Positions 31,069 to 40,809 are shown, counted from the stretch's first letter. The stretch is DNA of 64,000 nt from Desulfobulbus oralis (GCF_002952055.1 NZ_CP021255.1:806851-870850), one strand, 5' to 3'. Translations and numbers: made by a program. Notes: generated by a model not told the origin, from the sequence alone.

Positions 31069-31253
31069 GGGGCGGCGGTTGCCGCCGGTCTGGGCATGAG
31101 CAGGATGAGCAGGACGCTCGCCGTATCCGCCCCGGAGCGGGAGCTGCCGTGGTGCATCGGCAGGGCGCTTGTTGGCGAACGGCACAGGTCTGCTGGCTGC
31201 GAACCATGGCCGGGAGCCGGAAATTTCCAAAAATCGAGGCAGGAGAAAGTTCG

Positions 31254-32747
31254 ATGGCAGCTTTGCTGGTGGTCTTGGTGTTCATAGTACTTGGCGCGCT
31301 GGCCCTTTTCATTGTCCTTGCCATGTGCTTCCGCACCGTGGTCGAGACCAATGAAGTGCATATTGTCCAAAGTGCGGATAAAACGGTTTCCTATGGCAAG
31401 GATACGGGAAACGGCAACGTCTATTATGAGTTTCCAAGCTGGGTTCCCCTGTTTGGCGTGAGTAAAATCGTTCTGCCCATGTCGGTCTTTGCCATAAAAA
31501 TCAACGAATATGAAGCTTACGATGTTGGCCGCCTGCCCTTTATCGTTGATGTGACGGCTTTCTTCAGAATCGAGAATTCCAACCTGGCGGCGCAGCGGGT
31601 TCGGGATATCAATGATCTGGAAAGCCAGTTGACCAACATTATTCAGGGTTCCATTCGTTCCATTCTGGCCAAAAGGGAGCTGGAAGAAATTCTGGCCATT
31701 CGCTCAGCCCTTGGTGATGATTTCACTGAAGCCGTGACCACGCAACTGAAAAACTGGGGGGTGGCGCCGGTCAAAAATATCGAATTGATGGACATCAAGG
31801 ATCGGGATGGGGAGAGAGTCATTCACAACATCATGGAGAAAAAGAAATCAGCCATTGAGAAGGACAGCAGGGTCGAGGTGGCTGAAAACCTGAAAAGGGC
31901 GAAAATCGCGGAAATAGAAGCACAACGGGAAACCGATATCAAGGAGCAGGAAGCCCATAAGCTCGTTGGTCTGAAAACCGTGGAAAATGAGCGGGAGGTG
32001 CAGATTTCCCGCGAGCAGGCCAATCAGTGCATTAATGCGCAGCAGAAGATTACGCAGGAAAAGGCCATGGAAGTCCTGCAGGTTCAGGAAGTGAAAAAGG
32101 CGGAAATCAAGAAGCAGGTGGAGATTGTCCAGGCAGAGCAGGAGCAGCAGAAGGTGGAGATCGATGCGGAAGCCAAGAAAAACGCCAAAATAAAAGACGC
32201 GGAAGCGAACCGGGCAAACCAGATCCTGATTGCGCAGGGCGACCGGGAAAAACAGATCCTGAATGCGCAGGCCAACAAGGAAACCCAGATTCTGGTGGCG
32301 CAGGGGGCGAAGGAAAGCCAGTTTTTGGCCGCCGAAGCGCTGCTGGAGATGAAAAACAAGGAGAGTCAGGGTATTCAGAAAATCGGCGAGGCGGAAGCCG
32401 AGGCCCTGCGCCTGAAGGAGCTGGCTCCCATCAGCGCGCAGATTGAACTGGCCAGGGCGATTGGCGAAAATGGCGGGTATCAGGGCTACCTGATTGCCAT
32501 CAGGCAGCTCGAGGCCTGCGAGGTGATCGGGGTGGAGCAGGCCAAGGCCATGAGCCAGGCAGACCTGAAGGTCATTGCCAACGGCGGCAGCATCGGCGAG
32601 GGCATGAATGACATCAAGGACATTATCAGCGCCAAGGGGGGCGTGCAGCTCGGTGCCATGCTGGAAGGGCTGGCCCAGAGCGATGTTGGCAGGAAAATAC
32701 TGGGCCGGGTCGTGGAGAGGCCGCAGGACCGGAACGGGGAAAAGTAA
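31254..32747 (+). CDS. Flotillin-like SPFH/band-7 domain protein (YqiK/FloA type).
   Basis: ATG 31254 is preceded by the RBS AGGAGA. There is an N-terminal transmembrane segment, an SPFH domain, and a long coiled coil carrying EA/Q-rich tandem repeats (ANQILIAQG, EKQILNAQA, ETQILVAQG). The track ORF from 30705 is a spurious GC-rich extension. Confidence 0.8.
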   Translation: MAALLVVLVFIVLGALALFIVLAMCFRTVVETNEVHIVQSADKTVSYGKDTGNGNVYYEFPSWVPLFGVSKIVLPMSVFAIKINEYEAYDVGRLPFIVDVTAFFRIENSNLAAQRVRDINDLESQLTNIIQGSIRSILAKRELEEILAIRSALGDDFTEAVTTQLKNWGVAPVKNIELMDIKDRDGERVIHNIMEKKKSAIEKDSRVEVAENLKRAKIAEIEAQRETDIKEQEAHKLVGLKTVENEREVQISREQANQCINAQQKITQEKAMEVLQVQEVKKAEIKKQVEIVQAEQEQQKVEIDAEAKKNAKIKDAEANRANQILIAQGDREKQILNAQANKETQILVAQGAKESQFLAAEALLEMKNKESQGIQKIGEAEAEALRLKELAPISAQIELARAIGENGGYQGYLIAIRQLEACEVIGVEQAKAMSQADLKVIANGGSIGEGMNDIKDIISAKGGVQLGAMLEGLAQSDVGRKILGRVVERPQDRNGEK

Positions 32748-32779
32748 ACAGACATTTTTCAGCAAATGCAGGAGTGCTC

Positions 32780-33982
32780 ATGGCTCATATTCTGATAGTC
32801 GGTGCGGGCGGGGTTGGTTCGGTGGCAGCACACAAGTGCGCCCAGGTGCAGCAAGCGGGAGGCGTTTTTGACCGCATCACCCTGGCCAGCCGTGGACTGG
32901 CCAAGTGTGAGGCGATTGCCGCTTCCATCAAAAAGCGGCTGGGGGCGGACATAGCCACAGCCAGGCTGGATGCCGACAATGTCGCTGAAACAACGGCCTT
33001 TTTGCAGCGGGAAAAACCGGATCTGCTCCTCAATCTGGCCCTGCCCTATCAGGACCTGCCGCTCATGGAGGCCTGCCTGGCCGCAGGCGTGGACTATGTG
33101 GACACCGCCAACTACGAAGCTCCGGATCAGGCCAAATTCGAGTACAAGTGGCAGTGGGCCTACCGGGAGCGCTTTGCGGAACGGGGCCTGTGCGCGCTGC
33201 TGGGTTCCGGCTTCGACCCCGGCGTGACCAACGTGTACACCGCCTGGGCGGCAAAGCACCACTTTGACGAGATCCGGCAGCTCGACATCATCGACTGCAA
33301 TGCCGGCGATCATGGGCAGCCCTTTGCCACCAACTTCAACCCGGAAATCAATATCCGCGAGATTACCCAGCGGGGCCGTTATTTCGAGCATGGCGAGTGG
33401 GTGGAAACCGATCCGCTTTCCTGGGCCATGCTCTTTGATTTTCCGGAGGGCATTGGCCCAAAGAAGTGCTTCCTCATGTTCCATGAAGAGCTGGAATCCC
33501 TGACGAAAAACATCAGGGGCCTGACCCGTGCGCGTTTCTGGATGACCTTTTCCGAGCAGTATCTGAACCATCTGCGCGTGCTGGAGAACGTGGGCATGAC
33601 CCGCATCGACAAGGTCGAATTTCAGGGCAGGGAGATCGTGCCCCTGCAGTTTCTGAAGGCCGTGCTGCCGGAGCCGGCCTCGCTGGGCCCGCTCACCCAT
33701 GGCCGCACCTGCATCGGCTGCGTGTTGCAGGGCAGACAGGCGGGCCGCGAGAAGCGGATGTACGTGTACAATATCTGCAGCCATGAGGCGGCCTACGAGG
33801 AGGTCGGCTCGCAGGCCATCTCCTACACCACCGGCGTGCCGGCCATGATCGGCGCCAAGATGGTGCTGGAGGGCAAATGGAAAACGCCCGGCGTGTGGAA
33901 TATGGAGGAATGCGATCCGGATCCCTTCATGGCCGATCTGAACCGCTACGGCCTGCCCTGGAAGGCCGTCGATTGGCCGTGA
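32780..33982 (+). CDS. Carboxynorspermidine/carboxyspermidine dehydrogenase (saccharopine dehydrogenase family).
   Basis: The N-terminus reads MAHILIVGAGGVGSVAAHK (Rossmann fold). The body reads ...VDTANYEAPDQAKFEYKWQWAY...GSGFDPGVTNVY. ATG 32780 follows the RBS AGGAG, and the protein is 400 aa. Confidence 0.8.
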   Translation: MAHILIVGAGGVGSVAAHKCAQVQQAGGVFDRITLASRGLAKCEAIAASIKKRLGADIATARLDADNVAETTAFLQREKPDLLLNLALPYQDLPLMEACLAAGVDYVDTANYEAPDQAKFEYKWQWAYRERFAERGLCALLGSGFDPGVTNVYTAWAAKHHFDEIRQLDIIDCNAGDHGQPFATNFNPEINIREITQRGRYFEHGEWVETDPLSWAMLFDFPEGIGPKKCFLMFHEELESLTKNIRGLTRARFWMTFSEQYLNHLRVLENVGMTRIDKVEFQGREIVPLQFLKAVLPEPASLGPLTHGRTCIGCVLQGRQAGREKRMYVYNICSHEAAYEEVGSQAISYTTGVPAMIGAKMVLEGKWKTPGVWNMEECDPDPFMADLNRYGLPWKAVDWP

Positions 33983-35175
33983 CCGCCTTTGACGGCAGTA
34001 AAAATTGCCGTTTTGATCCGGCCGGGCTCGAGCGGACGCCGGCCTTTGTGGTGGATCTGGGCCTCCTGCGGCAGAATCTCTCGATTCTGGCCCGGGTCAG
34101 GGCGGCCACGAGCTGCAAAATTCTCCTGGCGCTCAAATGCTTTGCCCTGTTCAGGGTCTTCCCCCTGCTCGCCGGCACGCTGGACGGCGTCTGCTGCAGC
34201 TCCCCCCATGAGGCTCGGCTGGGTCGTGAAGAATTCGGCGGCGAGGTGCACTGCTTCGCCGCAGCCTTTTCCGATGCAGATATTGACGAACTGGCCCTGA
34301 GCAGCGACCATCTGGTTTTCAACTCCCTGGCCCAGAAACGCCGCCTGTTGCCGCGGGCCCGGAAGAGGGCCGCGCAACACGGCCGCAGGCTGGCCTTTGG
34401 CCTGCGCATCAATCCGGAGCATTCGGAAGGGGCGGTTCCGCTCTACGATCCCTGCGCGCCCGGCTCCCGGCTCGGCATCAGGCGGCGGGATTTTTCGCCC
34501 GATGCGCTGGATGGGGTCAGCAGCCTGCACTGGCACAATCTCTGTGAGCAGAACGCGGATGCCCTGGAGCGCACCGTGGCAGCGGTCGAGGCCCATTTCT
34601 CCGAATTTTTGCCCAAAATGAGTTTTGTCAATTTTGGTGGCGGCCATCACATCAGCCGCCCCGACTACGACGTCGAAGGGCTGATGGCGGTCATTGGCCG
34701 CTTTCAGGAACGCTGGGGCGTGCAGGTCTATCTGGAACCGGGTGAGGCCGTGGCCCTGAATGCCGGCTATCTGGTGGCCTCGGTCTTGGACGTGCAGCCC
34801 GCGGCAGGCGGCGAGGCGGCCAACGTCATTGTGGACACCTCCGTGGCGGCCCACATGCCGGATGTGCTGGAAATGCCCTACAGGCCCCATATCGTGGGCA
34901 GCGCGGCACCGGGTACAGAGGCCTTCCCCTGCACCTGCCGGGTAGGCGGGCTCTCCTGTCTGGCGGGGGACGTGGCCGGGGACTATGCCTTCCCGAACAT
35001 GCCGGCATGCGGTGAACGGCTGGTCTTTACCGACATGGCCATCTATACCATGGTGAAAACCAACACCTTTAATGGCGTGCAATTGCCCGATATCGTGCTC
35101 TTCCACCCCGAAACGAAGGAGCTGGAGCTGGTGCGCCGTTTTGGCTACGAAGATTTCCGCATGAGGCTCTCATGA
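33979..35175 (+). CDS. nspC: Carboxynorspermidine/carboxyspermidine decarboxylase.
   Basis: The protein reads TPAFVVDLGLLRQNL...ILLALKCF... and has the PLP-dependent fold-III decarboxylase pattern. The GTG start overlaps the upstream stop codon (gTGA). It is 398 aa. Confidence 0.8.
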   Translation: MTAFDGSKNCRFDPAGLERTPAFVVDLGLLRQNLSILARVRAATSCKILLALKCFALFRVFPLLAGTLDGVCCSSPHEARLGREEFGGEVHCFAAAFSDADIDELALSSDHLVFNSLAQKRRLLPRARKRAAQHGRRLAFGLRINPEHSEGAVPLYDPCAPGSRLGIRRRDFSPDALDGVSSLHWHNLCEQNADALERTVAAVEAHFSEFLPKMSFVNFGGGHHISRPDYDVEGLMAVIGRFQERWGVQVYLEPGEAVALNAGYLVASVLDVQPAAGGEAANVIVDTSVAAHMPDVLEMPYRPHIVGSAAPGTEAFPCTCRVGGLSCLAGDVAGDYAFPNMPACGERLVFTDMAIYTMVKTNTFNGVQLPDIVLFHPETKELELVRRFGYEDFRMRLS

Positions 35176-36044
35176 TGCCGGATTTTCTTGCCTCTGAATG
35201 TACGAAACGGGGGCCCGAGGCGCGCTTTCATGTGCTGCCCGTGCCGCTGGAGGCCACGGTTTCCTACGGCGGCGGCACGGCCGGGGGACCGGCTGCGATT
35301 CTTGCCGCCTCCCAGCAGCTCGAGGACTGGGACGGCCATTCCTGTCCGCTGGAGGCGGGCATCCACACCTGCGCGGCTGTTGACTGCAGCGGCGGGGTGG
35401 AGGCGGCGCTTGCCCGCATAGAGAGGGCGACTGCGGCGATCCTGGCGCAAAAGCGCCTGCCCGTGCTGTTGGGCGGCGAACATTCGGCCAGCCTGGGCGC
35501 GCTCCGGGCGCTGGCCAGACTGCGCGGCAACAGGTCCTTTGGCCTGATCCAGATCGATGCCCATGCCGATCTGCGGGAGGCGTACGAGGGCACGAAGTTC
35601 AGCCACGCCTGCATCGCCCGCCGGGCCGTGGATGATTTGGGGCTTCCGCTCTTCCAGTTCGGCTGCCGCGCCTTCTCGGGGGCCGAGGCGGAGTTTCGCA
35701 AACATCATCCGGCCATCCACTTTCTGGATGCCGCCGACTTTGCCGCAGCTGGCTTCCCGGAGCAGCTCCTGCCCCCGGAGTTCCCGGACGAGGTTTACCT
35801 GAGCTTTGACGTGGACGGGCTCGACCCGGCAGTCATTCGTGCCACCGGCACCCCGGTTCCCGGCGGCCCGGGCTGGCGGGCCTGTCTCTCCTTCGTGCAA
35901 CGCGCCCTTGCCGGCCGCAAAGTCCTGGGCTTTGACGTGATGGAACTGGCTCCCCAGGCGGGCGACCGCGTTTCGGATTTTGCCGCAGCCCAGCTTGTCT
36001 ACGCACTGATGGGCATTGTGCAGAGAAATGAAGCCCGCACATGA
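35172..36044 (+). CDS. speB: Agmatinase.
   Basis: The protein has the arginase-family motifs GGEHS, DAHADL and SFDVDGLDP. It is 290 aa, and its start overlaps the nspC stop codon. Confidence 0.85.
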   Translation: MMPDFLASECTKRGPEARFHVLPVPLEATVSYGGGTAGGPAAILAASQQLEDWDGHSCPLEAGIHTCAAVDCSGGVEAALARIERATAAILAQKRLPVLLGGEHSASLGALRALARLRGNRSFGLIQIDAHADLREAYEGTKFSHACIARRAVDDLGLPLFQFGCRAFSGAEAEFRKHHPAIHFLDAADFAAAGFPEQLLPPEFPDEVYLSFDVDGLDPAVIRATGTPVPGGPGWRACLSFVQRALAGRKVLGFDVMELAPQAGDRVSDFAAAQLVYALMGIVQRNEART

Positions 36045-36160
36045 ACCCAAGGCCCGATTGGGGGGCAAGGCTGCTTTTTCATCCCTGTTGCGGGTGCAGG
36101 GCCGGGCAGGCCGCACTGTGCAGTGCGCAGCACATTGCCTGTCCCATCGAGGAGGCAAAG

Positions 36161-37306
36161 ATGAGTGCACCATTCATCGTCCACACCGAAGCCAGCCGCT
36201 CCTGGGGCGGGCAGGAGATCCGCGTGCTCACGGAACTCCTGGCCATGCGGGCGCGCGGCTGCAGGGTGGCGCTCCTGGCCACTGCCGGCGCGCCCTTGGC
36301 CGAACGTGCGACTGCGGCCGGCATTGCCGTTCACGAGCTGCCGGGCTTCAGGGACATGAATCCGGCTACCTGGATGCGCCTGTGGCGACTCCTGCGCTGG
36401 CTCCGGCCCACGGTCGTGAACGCCCACTCTTCCGACGACTCGTGGACCGCCGCGCCCCTGGCCCGGCTGCTGGACGTGCCCCTGGTGTTGCGTACCCGCC
36501 ATGTCCTGACCACCGTGTCATGCCTTGGACTCTACCGCCTGCCTCACGCTGTGGTGGCCTGCAGCGAGGCCATTGCCGACGGCCTTGTCCGGCAGGGGCT
36601 GGACAGGGGGCGCATCAGCGTGATCCCCACGGGCAACGACGAAGGGCGTTTTCGGTTTTCCGCAGACAAACGACAGGCACTCCGTGCCCGCTACCAGATT
36701 CGGGAAGGCGAGCTGCTCGTTGGCAACGTGGGCTTTCTGCGCGGCTACAAGGGGCAGCATTTCATTCTGGACACCCTGGCCGCCTTGCCGCAGCGGTACC
36801 GGGCCATCTTGGTGGGCGATGGCGATTTGCGGGGCGGGCTGGAACAGCGGGCTGCAGAGCTGAATCTGGGCGGACGGGTAATTTTTGCCGGCCATCAGGA
36901 GCGCCCCGAGGACTTCTATCAGGCCTTTGATCTGTTTTTCTTTTCATCCCATGCGGCTGAGGGGGTGTCCCAGGCTCTGGTGCAGGCGCTCCTGAACGGC
37001 CTGCCGGTCCTGGCCTGCAGGCTGGCTTCCACAGAGGAGGCGCTGGCAGGCGTCACGGCCAGCAAGCTGGTGAACCATGGTGATGTCCGGGCCGCCTGCG
37101 CTGGCGTTCTCGAACTGGCCCCGCGGCCTGGACGCGATCCCGTACAGATGGCAGCACAACACCAGTTGATTGCCGCGCGTTATGGGCTGTCCGCCATGAT
37201 GACGCGACTCACCCGGCTCTACGCTCGCCACGGTATCGTGCTGCCCCAGGCGACCTCCGGCCCGGCGACAAAAAAGGTGGTTGAAGCCCTGTGCACAGGC
37301 GCGTAA
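36161..37306 (+). CDS. Glycosyltransferase family 4 (GT-B, group 1).
   Basis: ATG 36161 is preceded by the RBS GGAGG. The reading frame contains SWGGQEIRVLTELLAMRARG and the EGVSQALVQALLNGLPV motif. The protein is 381 aa. Confidence 0.75.
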   Translation: MSAPFIVHTEASRSWGGQEIRVLTELLAMRARGCRVALLATAGAPLAERATAAGIAVHELPGFRDMNPATWMRLWRLLRWLRPTVVNAHSSDDSWTAAPLARLLDVPLVLRTRHVLTTVSCLGLYRLPHAVVACSEAIADGLVRQGLDRGRISVIPTGNDEGRFRFSADKRQALRARYQIREGELLVGNVGFLRGYKGQHFILDTLAALPQRYRAILVGDGDLRGGLEQRAAELNLGGRVIFAGHQERPEDFYQAFDLFFFSSHAAEGVSQALVQALLNGLPVLACRLASTEEALAGVTASKLVNHGDVRAACAGVLELAPRPGRDPVQMAAQHQLIAARYGLSAMMTRLTRLYARHGIVLPQATSGPATKKVVEALCTGA

Positions 37307-37354
37307 TATAGGGGCAGACGCCGGACAGTTCTCGCTTTTCTGCAGGATACCTTT

Positions 37355-37846
37355 ATGCAAGCTTTAGCGCCTTTTCTGGCTTTTATACTGTTGTTGCTGG
37401 GCGGATGTGCGGACACGACCCCGCCTGCCGCCTACCAGGGCCCGCAGTATCCGGAAAGCGCCCGGGTCGAAGTGCTGTTCCAGCCCGGGCAGATAGCGCC
37501 TTCCTGCCGGGTTTTTGCCGAGCTCCTCGCCTTTTATCCGGCAGATGTCTCGGCCCAGACCATTGCCGCCGTGCTGACCGGCGAGGCCCGCGTGCGCGGC
37601 GCGCAGATCCTGCTCATCGGCCAGAGCCGGGAAGCGGCGGAGGATGAGGACGAGCCCTATTTTCTGTACCTGGGTCCAGCCCGGGAGTACGCCATGGACC
37701 GGGGCTGGAGCAACTGGAGTTCCGGCTACAGCGTCTGGAAAAAGCAGGGCGACTGGCTGAATCTGGGCCACAGCGAATGGGGGCGGGAGGATGTTTTGTA
37801 CCAGAGGCCGCTCGCTGTGCAGGCGGCCATGCTCCGCTGCAACTGA
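37355..37846 (+). CDS. Hypothetical lipoprotein.
   Basis: The signal peptide carries a lipobox (FILLLLGGC). The protein is 163 aa with no recognised domain. Confidence 0.5.
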   Translation: MQALAPFLAFILLLLGGCADTTPPAAYQGPQYPESARVEVLFQPGQIAPSCRVFAELLAFYPADVSAQTIAAVLTGEARVRGAQILLIGQSREAAEDEDEPYFLYLGPAREYAMDRGWSNWSSGYSVWKKQGDWLNLGHSEWGREDVLYQRPLAVQAAMLRCN

Positions 37847-37945
37847 GCGTGGCCGAGGGAGGCGGCTGCCCGGCGCCTGTCGGCCACCCGCCTGGACCTT
37901 TTTTATCTCTGACCCGCAAGCGGGCCAATGACACAGGAGGCATGC

Positions 37946-38269
37946 ATGCTGACCCTTTCCATACTCTCTTTTTTTGACAGCACCCAGATACCGCAGCAGT
38001 TCAAGGATGTTGATGTGGCCATCTTCACCAACCCATGGTTCATGGTGCCCCTGGTGGCCCTGGTCGGCTGGTGGATCTACAAGCAGGCCTGGCGGGACCT
38101 CTTCATTCTGGCCCTCCTCATGGCCGACTGGTATCTCTCGGGAACCGAATACATGAGAACCCTGATTGTGGGCGATCAGCTGCAGATCAACAAGATCCTG
38201 CCGATCATATTTGGCGCGGCAGCGCAACTGGGCCTGATCATCTATCTGCTCTTCGTCAGGGGCGACTGA
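37946..38269 (+). CDS. Hypothetical small membrane protein.
   Basis: ATG 37946 is 5 nt after AGGAGG. The protein is 107 aa with three predicted transmembrane helices. Confidence 0.4.
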   Translation: MLTLSILSFFDSTQIPQQFKDVDVAIFTNPWFMVPLVALVGWWIYKQAWRDLFILALLMADWYLSGTEYMRTLIVGDQLQINKILPIIFGAAAQLGLIIYLLFVRGD

Positions 38270-38328
38270 AAACGGAGCGCCTTTTGTCATTCAATGCCGC
38301 CTGCCCCTGAAGCAGGAATGGAGCCATC

Positions 38329-39447
38329 ATGCAGTACCGCAACAGTGTTTTTGTGGTGACCGAGGAGCGATCCTGCCCGTTGTACAGCGTTGGCGACGAG
38401 GTCCGGGCCAAGGACCTGATCCTCAGTGTCACACGGGGCAGGCCGGTCTGCCTGTCGATGCTGGAGAAGCTGATGCCGCTCCTGTCAACGGAGTCCTCGG
38501 CCCATGCGCGTGGCAGAAGGAAGGACAGGGTGGAATGCGGCGGCTGCGAGGGCCTGATTCGTCTGGAGTCGAAAAAAGACGGCGCCTTTACCACCCTGCA
38601 AATGCGCCTCATGGCCGTGGCCGAGCGTCAGGCCCAGCTCTACAAGTCCGACAACGGCTTTGCCGTGCTGCGGCAACTGCCGGCCTTTGCCGAGCTGCAG
38701 GACGAGCTGTTGTACAGCTTTTGCACCATTGGCCAGGTGCAGCGCTTTCAGCCCGGCGAGCGGGTGGTCAACCGCGGCGAAGTGGCGGACCGCATCTTTA
38801 TTATGCTGACGGGCCGGGTGGTGCTGAGCGAGCAGGATCAGCACGACGAAGAAGAAACTGTGGTGGAACTGGCGCCCGGCGAACTGATCGGCGAGATGGG
38901 GCTGGTGGCCGACACCGTCTATGCCTTCGACTGCTACTGTCTGGAGCCGGCCAGTCTTTTGACCATGCCGGTGGAACAGGTCAAAGCGTTTTTGAGCCAG
39001 CACCCGGCTCTGCACATTTTCTTTTACTCGCAACTCGCCAAACGTCTGGAAAAGTTGAGTTTGTCCCGGATGGAAGCGGCCAGCGGTTTCAGCGCCAGCC
39101 TGAGGGAGATGATGGTCGTGGAACTCTGCCAGCTCATCAATACCAGCCGGAAAAGCGGTCGGGTCACATTGGTGCTGGACGACGATACCAAGGGCGAACT
39201 GCTCTTCAACGGGGGCGAGCTGATCGGGGCCAGGCACGGCAGGGAGTCGGGGAAAGAGGCCTTTTACTCCCTGCTGGGCCGGAATGACGGCACCTTTACC
39301 TTCGTTTCCGGCCTGAGCGAGGAGGAGAAAGGGCTGCCCCTTGTCGGCGGCTTCATGGGGCTGATCATGGAAGGCATGCAGCAGATAGATGAAAGCCATG
39401 CCGCAAAAAAGCGCCGGATGAGGCCGATGCTGGGCCGGAGCAGGTAG
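38329..39447 (+). CDS. Multidomain regulatory protein with an N-terminal Cys-rich region, a cyclic-nucleotide-binding domain and a C-terminal DUF4388.
   Basis: The cNMP-binding motif reads FQPGERVVNRGEVADRIFIMLTGRVVL...ELAPGELIGEMGLV. The DUF4388-like C-terminus reads LCQLINTSRKSGRVTLV...GELLFNGGELIGARHG...EAFYSLLGRNDGTFTF. The N-terminus carries CPLY...CLSM...CGGC cysteines. Confidence 0.6.
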   Translation: MQYRNSVFVVTEERSCPLYSVGDEVRAKDLILSVTRGRPVCLSMLEKLMPLLSTESSAHARGRRKDRVECGGCEGLIRLESKKDGAFTTLQMRLMAVAERQAQLYKSDNGFAVLRQLPAFAELQDELLYSFCTIGQVQRFQPGERVVNRGEVADRIFIMLTGRVVLSEQDQHDEEETVVELAPGELIGEMGLVADTVYAFDCYCLEPASLLTMPVEQVKAFLSQHPALHIFFYSQLAKRLEKLSLSRMEAASGFSASLREMMVVELCQLINTSRKSGRVTLVLDDDTKGELLFNGGELIGARHGRESGKEAFYSLLGRNDGTFTFVSGLSEEEKGLPLVGGFMGLIMEGMQQIDESHAAKKRRMRPMLGRSR

Positions 39448-39453
39448 GCCCCT

Positions 39454-40662
39454 TTACAGCTTCCGGAAGATGAGACAGGCGTTGGTGCCGCCAAAACCGT
39501 AGCTGTTGCTCATCACCGTGGCGAGCGGGCATTCCCGCAGGGCGGTGACGATGTCCATGGCAGCGGCTTCGGGCTCCATGTCTTCGATGTTGGCCGAGGC
39601 GGCGATGAAGCCATGCTGGAGCATGAGGAGCGAATAAATGGCCTCGTGCACGCCGGCCGCGCCCAGGGAATGGCCGGAAAGCGACTTGGTCGAGCTGATG
39701 GGCGGGCTGCTTGCGCCAAAGACTTCGCGGATCGCGGAGAGTTCCACCAGGTCGCCGATGGGTGTGGAAGTGCCGTGGGCGTTGATGTAGTCGACCCGTC
39801 CCGTGCAACTCGCCAGCGCCAGCCGGATGCAGCGCACCGCGCCTTCGCCGGAAGGCGAAACCATGTCCACCCCGTCGGCGGTCGCGCCATAGCCCACGAT
39901 TTCGCCGTAGATTCTGGCGCCGCGTTTCTTCGCCCGTTCCAGCTCCTCCACCACCACGAGGCCCGCGCCGTTGGCCACCACAAAGCCGTCCCGGTTTTTG
40001 TCGTAGGGGCGCGAGGCCTGCGCCGGCTGGTCGTTGAAGTGGGTGGAAAGCGCGCCCATGGCGTCAAACATGGCGGTCTGCGTCCAGTGCTCCTCATCCG
40101 AGCCGCCGGCAAACACGATGTCCTGTTTGCCCATCTGGATCTGCTCCAGCGCGGTGCCGATGCAGTGGGAACCTGTGGCGCAGGCGGATGCAAGCGAATA
40201 GCTGAGGCCCTTGATGTGGAAGGCGTTGGTCAGGCAGGCGGAAACCGTGCTGCTCATGGTCCGCGGCACCATGAAGGGGCTGAGCCGTTTCAGGCCCTTG
40301 CCGCGCATGATGTCGGCCGTGGCAACCACATTTTCCGCCGAGGTGCCGCCGGAGCCGATGACGAGTCCGGTGCGCGGATTGCTGACTTCGTCTTCGGCAA
40401 GCCCGGCGTCCTGTATGGCCTGCCCCATCGCGATGGCGGCAAAGGCTGCCGCATCGCCCATGAAGCGCAGGTTTTTCTTGTCCAGATGCTCTTTAGGATT
40501 GATTCTGGTGAAGGCCCCGATCTGGGCGCGCAGCCCGAGTTCCCTGTACGGCTCGTGGAAGCCCGCTCCGGAACGTCCCGTTTGCAGCGATTCCAGCACC
40601 TCGCCCAGGCTGTCGCCCAAGGAGGAAACAATGCCCATACCCGTGATGACGGCCCGTCGCAT
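39454..40662 (-). CDS. fabB: 3-oxoacyl-ACP synthase I (FabB-type KAS).
   Basis: The active site reads [37 protein letters not shown], which closely matches the E. coli FabB segment [30 protein letters not shown]. The His/His/Cys triad regions are present. ATG 40662 is preceded by GGGAGAA. Confidence 0.85.
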   Translation of the reverse strand: MRRAVITGMGIVSSLGDSLGEVLESLQTGRSGAGFHEPYRELGLRAQIGAFTRINPKEHLDKKNLRFMGDAAAFAAIAMGQAIQDAGLAEDEVSNPRTGLVIGSGGTSAENVVATADIMRGKGLKRLSPFMVPRTMSSTVSACLTNAFHIKGLSYSLASACATGSHCIGTALEQIQMGKQDIVFAGGSDEEHWTQTAMFDAMGALSTHFNDQPAQASRPYDKNRDGFVVANGAGLVVVEELERAKKRGARIYGEIVGYGATADGVDMVSPSGEGAVRCIRLALASCTGRVDYINAHGTSTPIGDLVELSAIREVFGASSPPISSTKSLSGHSLGAAGVHEAIYSLLMLQHGFIAASANIEDMEPEAAAMDIVTALRECPLATVMSNSYGFGGTNACLIFRKL

Positions 40663-40809
40663 GATGTTCTCCCGCTCTGAAACATGGGCACGGCAACCCC
40701 CACAGCTGCCGTGTGGGGCCACAGTCTACCAAAAGCGCGCAAAAGCGCAAGTCAAGCTGCCCAGGCAGGGCGGGACCCAGGCCCGGATGGGCCTGGCGAG
40801 GCGGAGACC

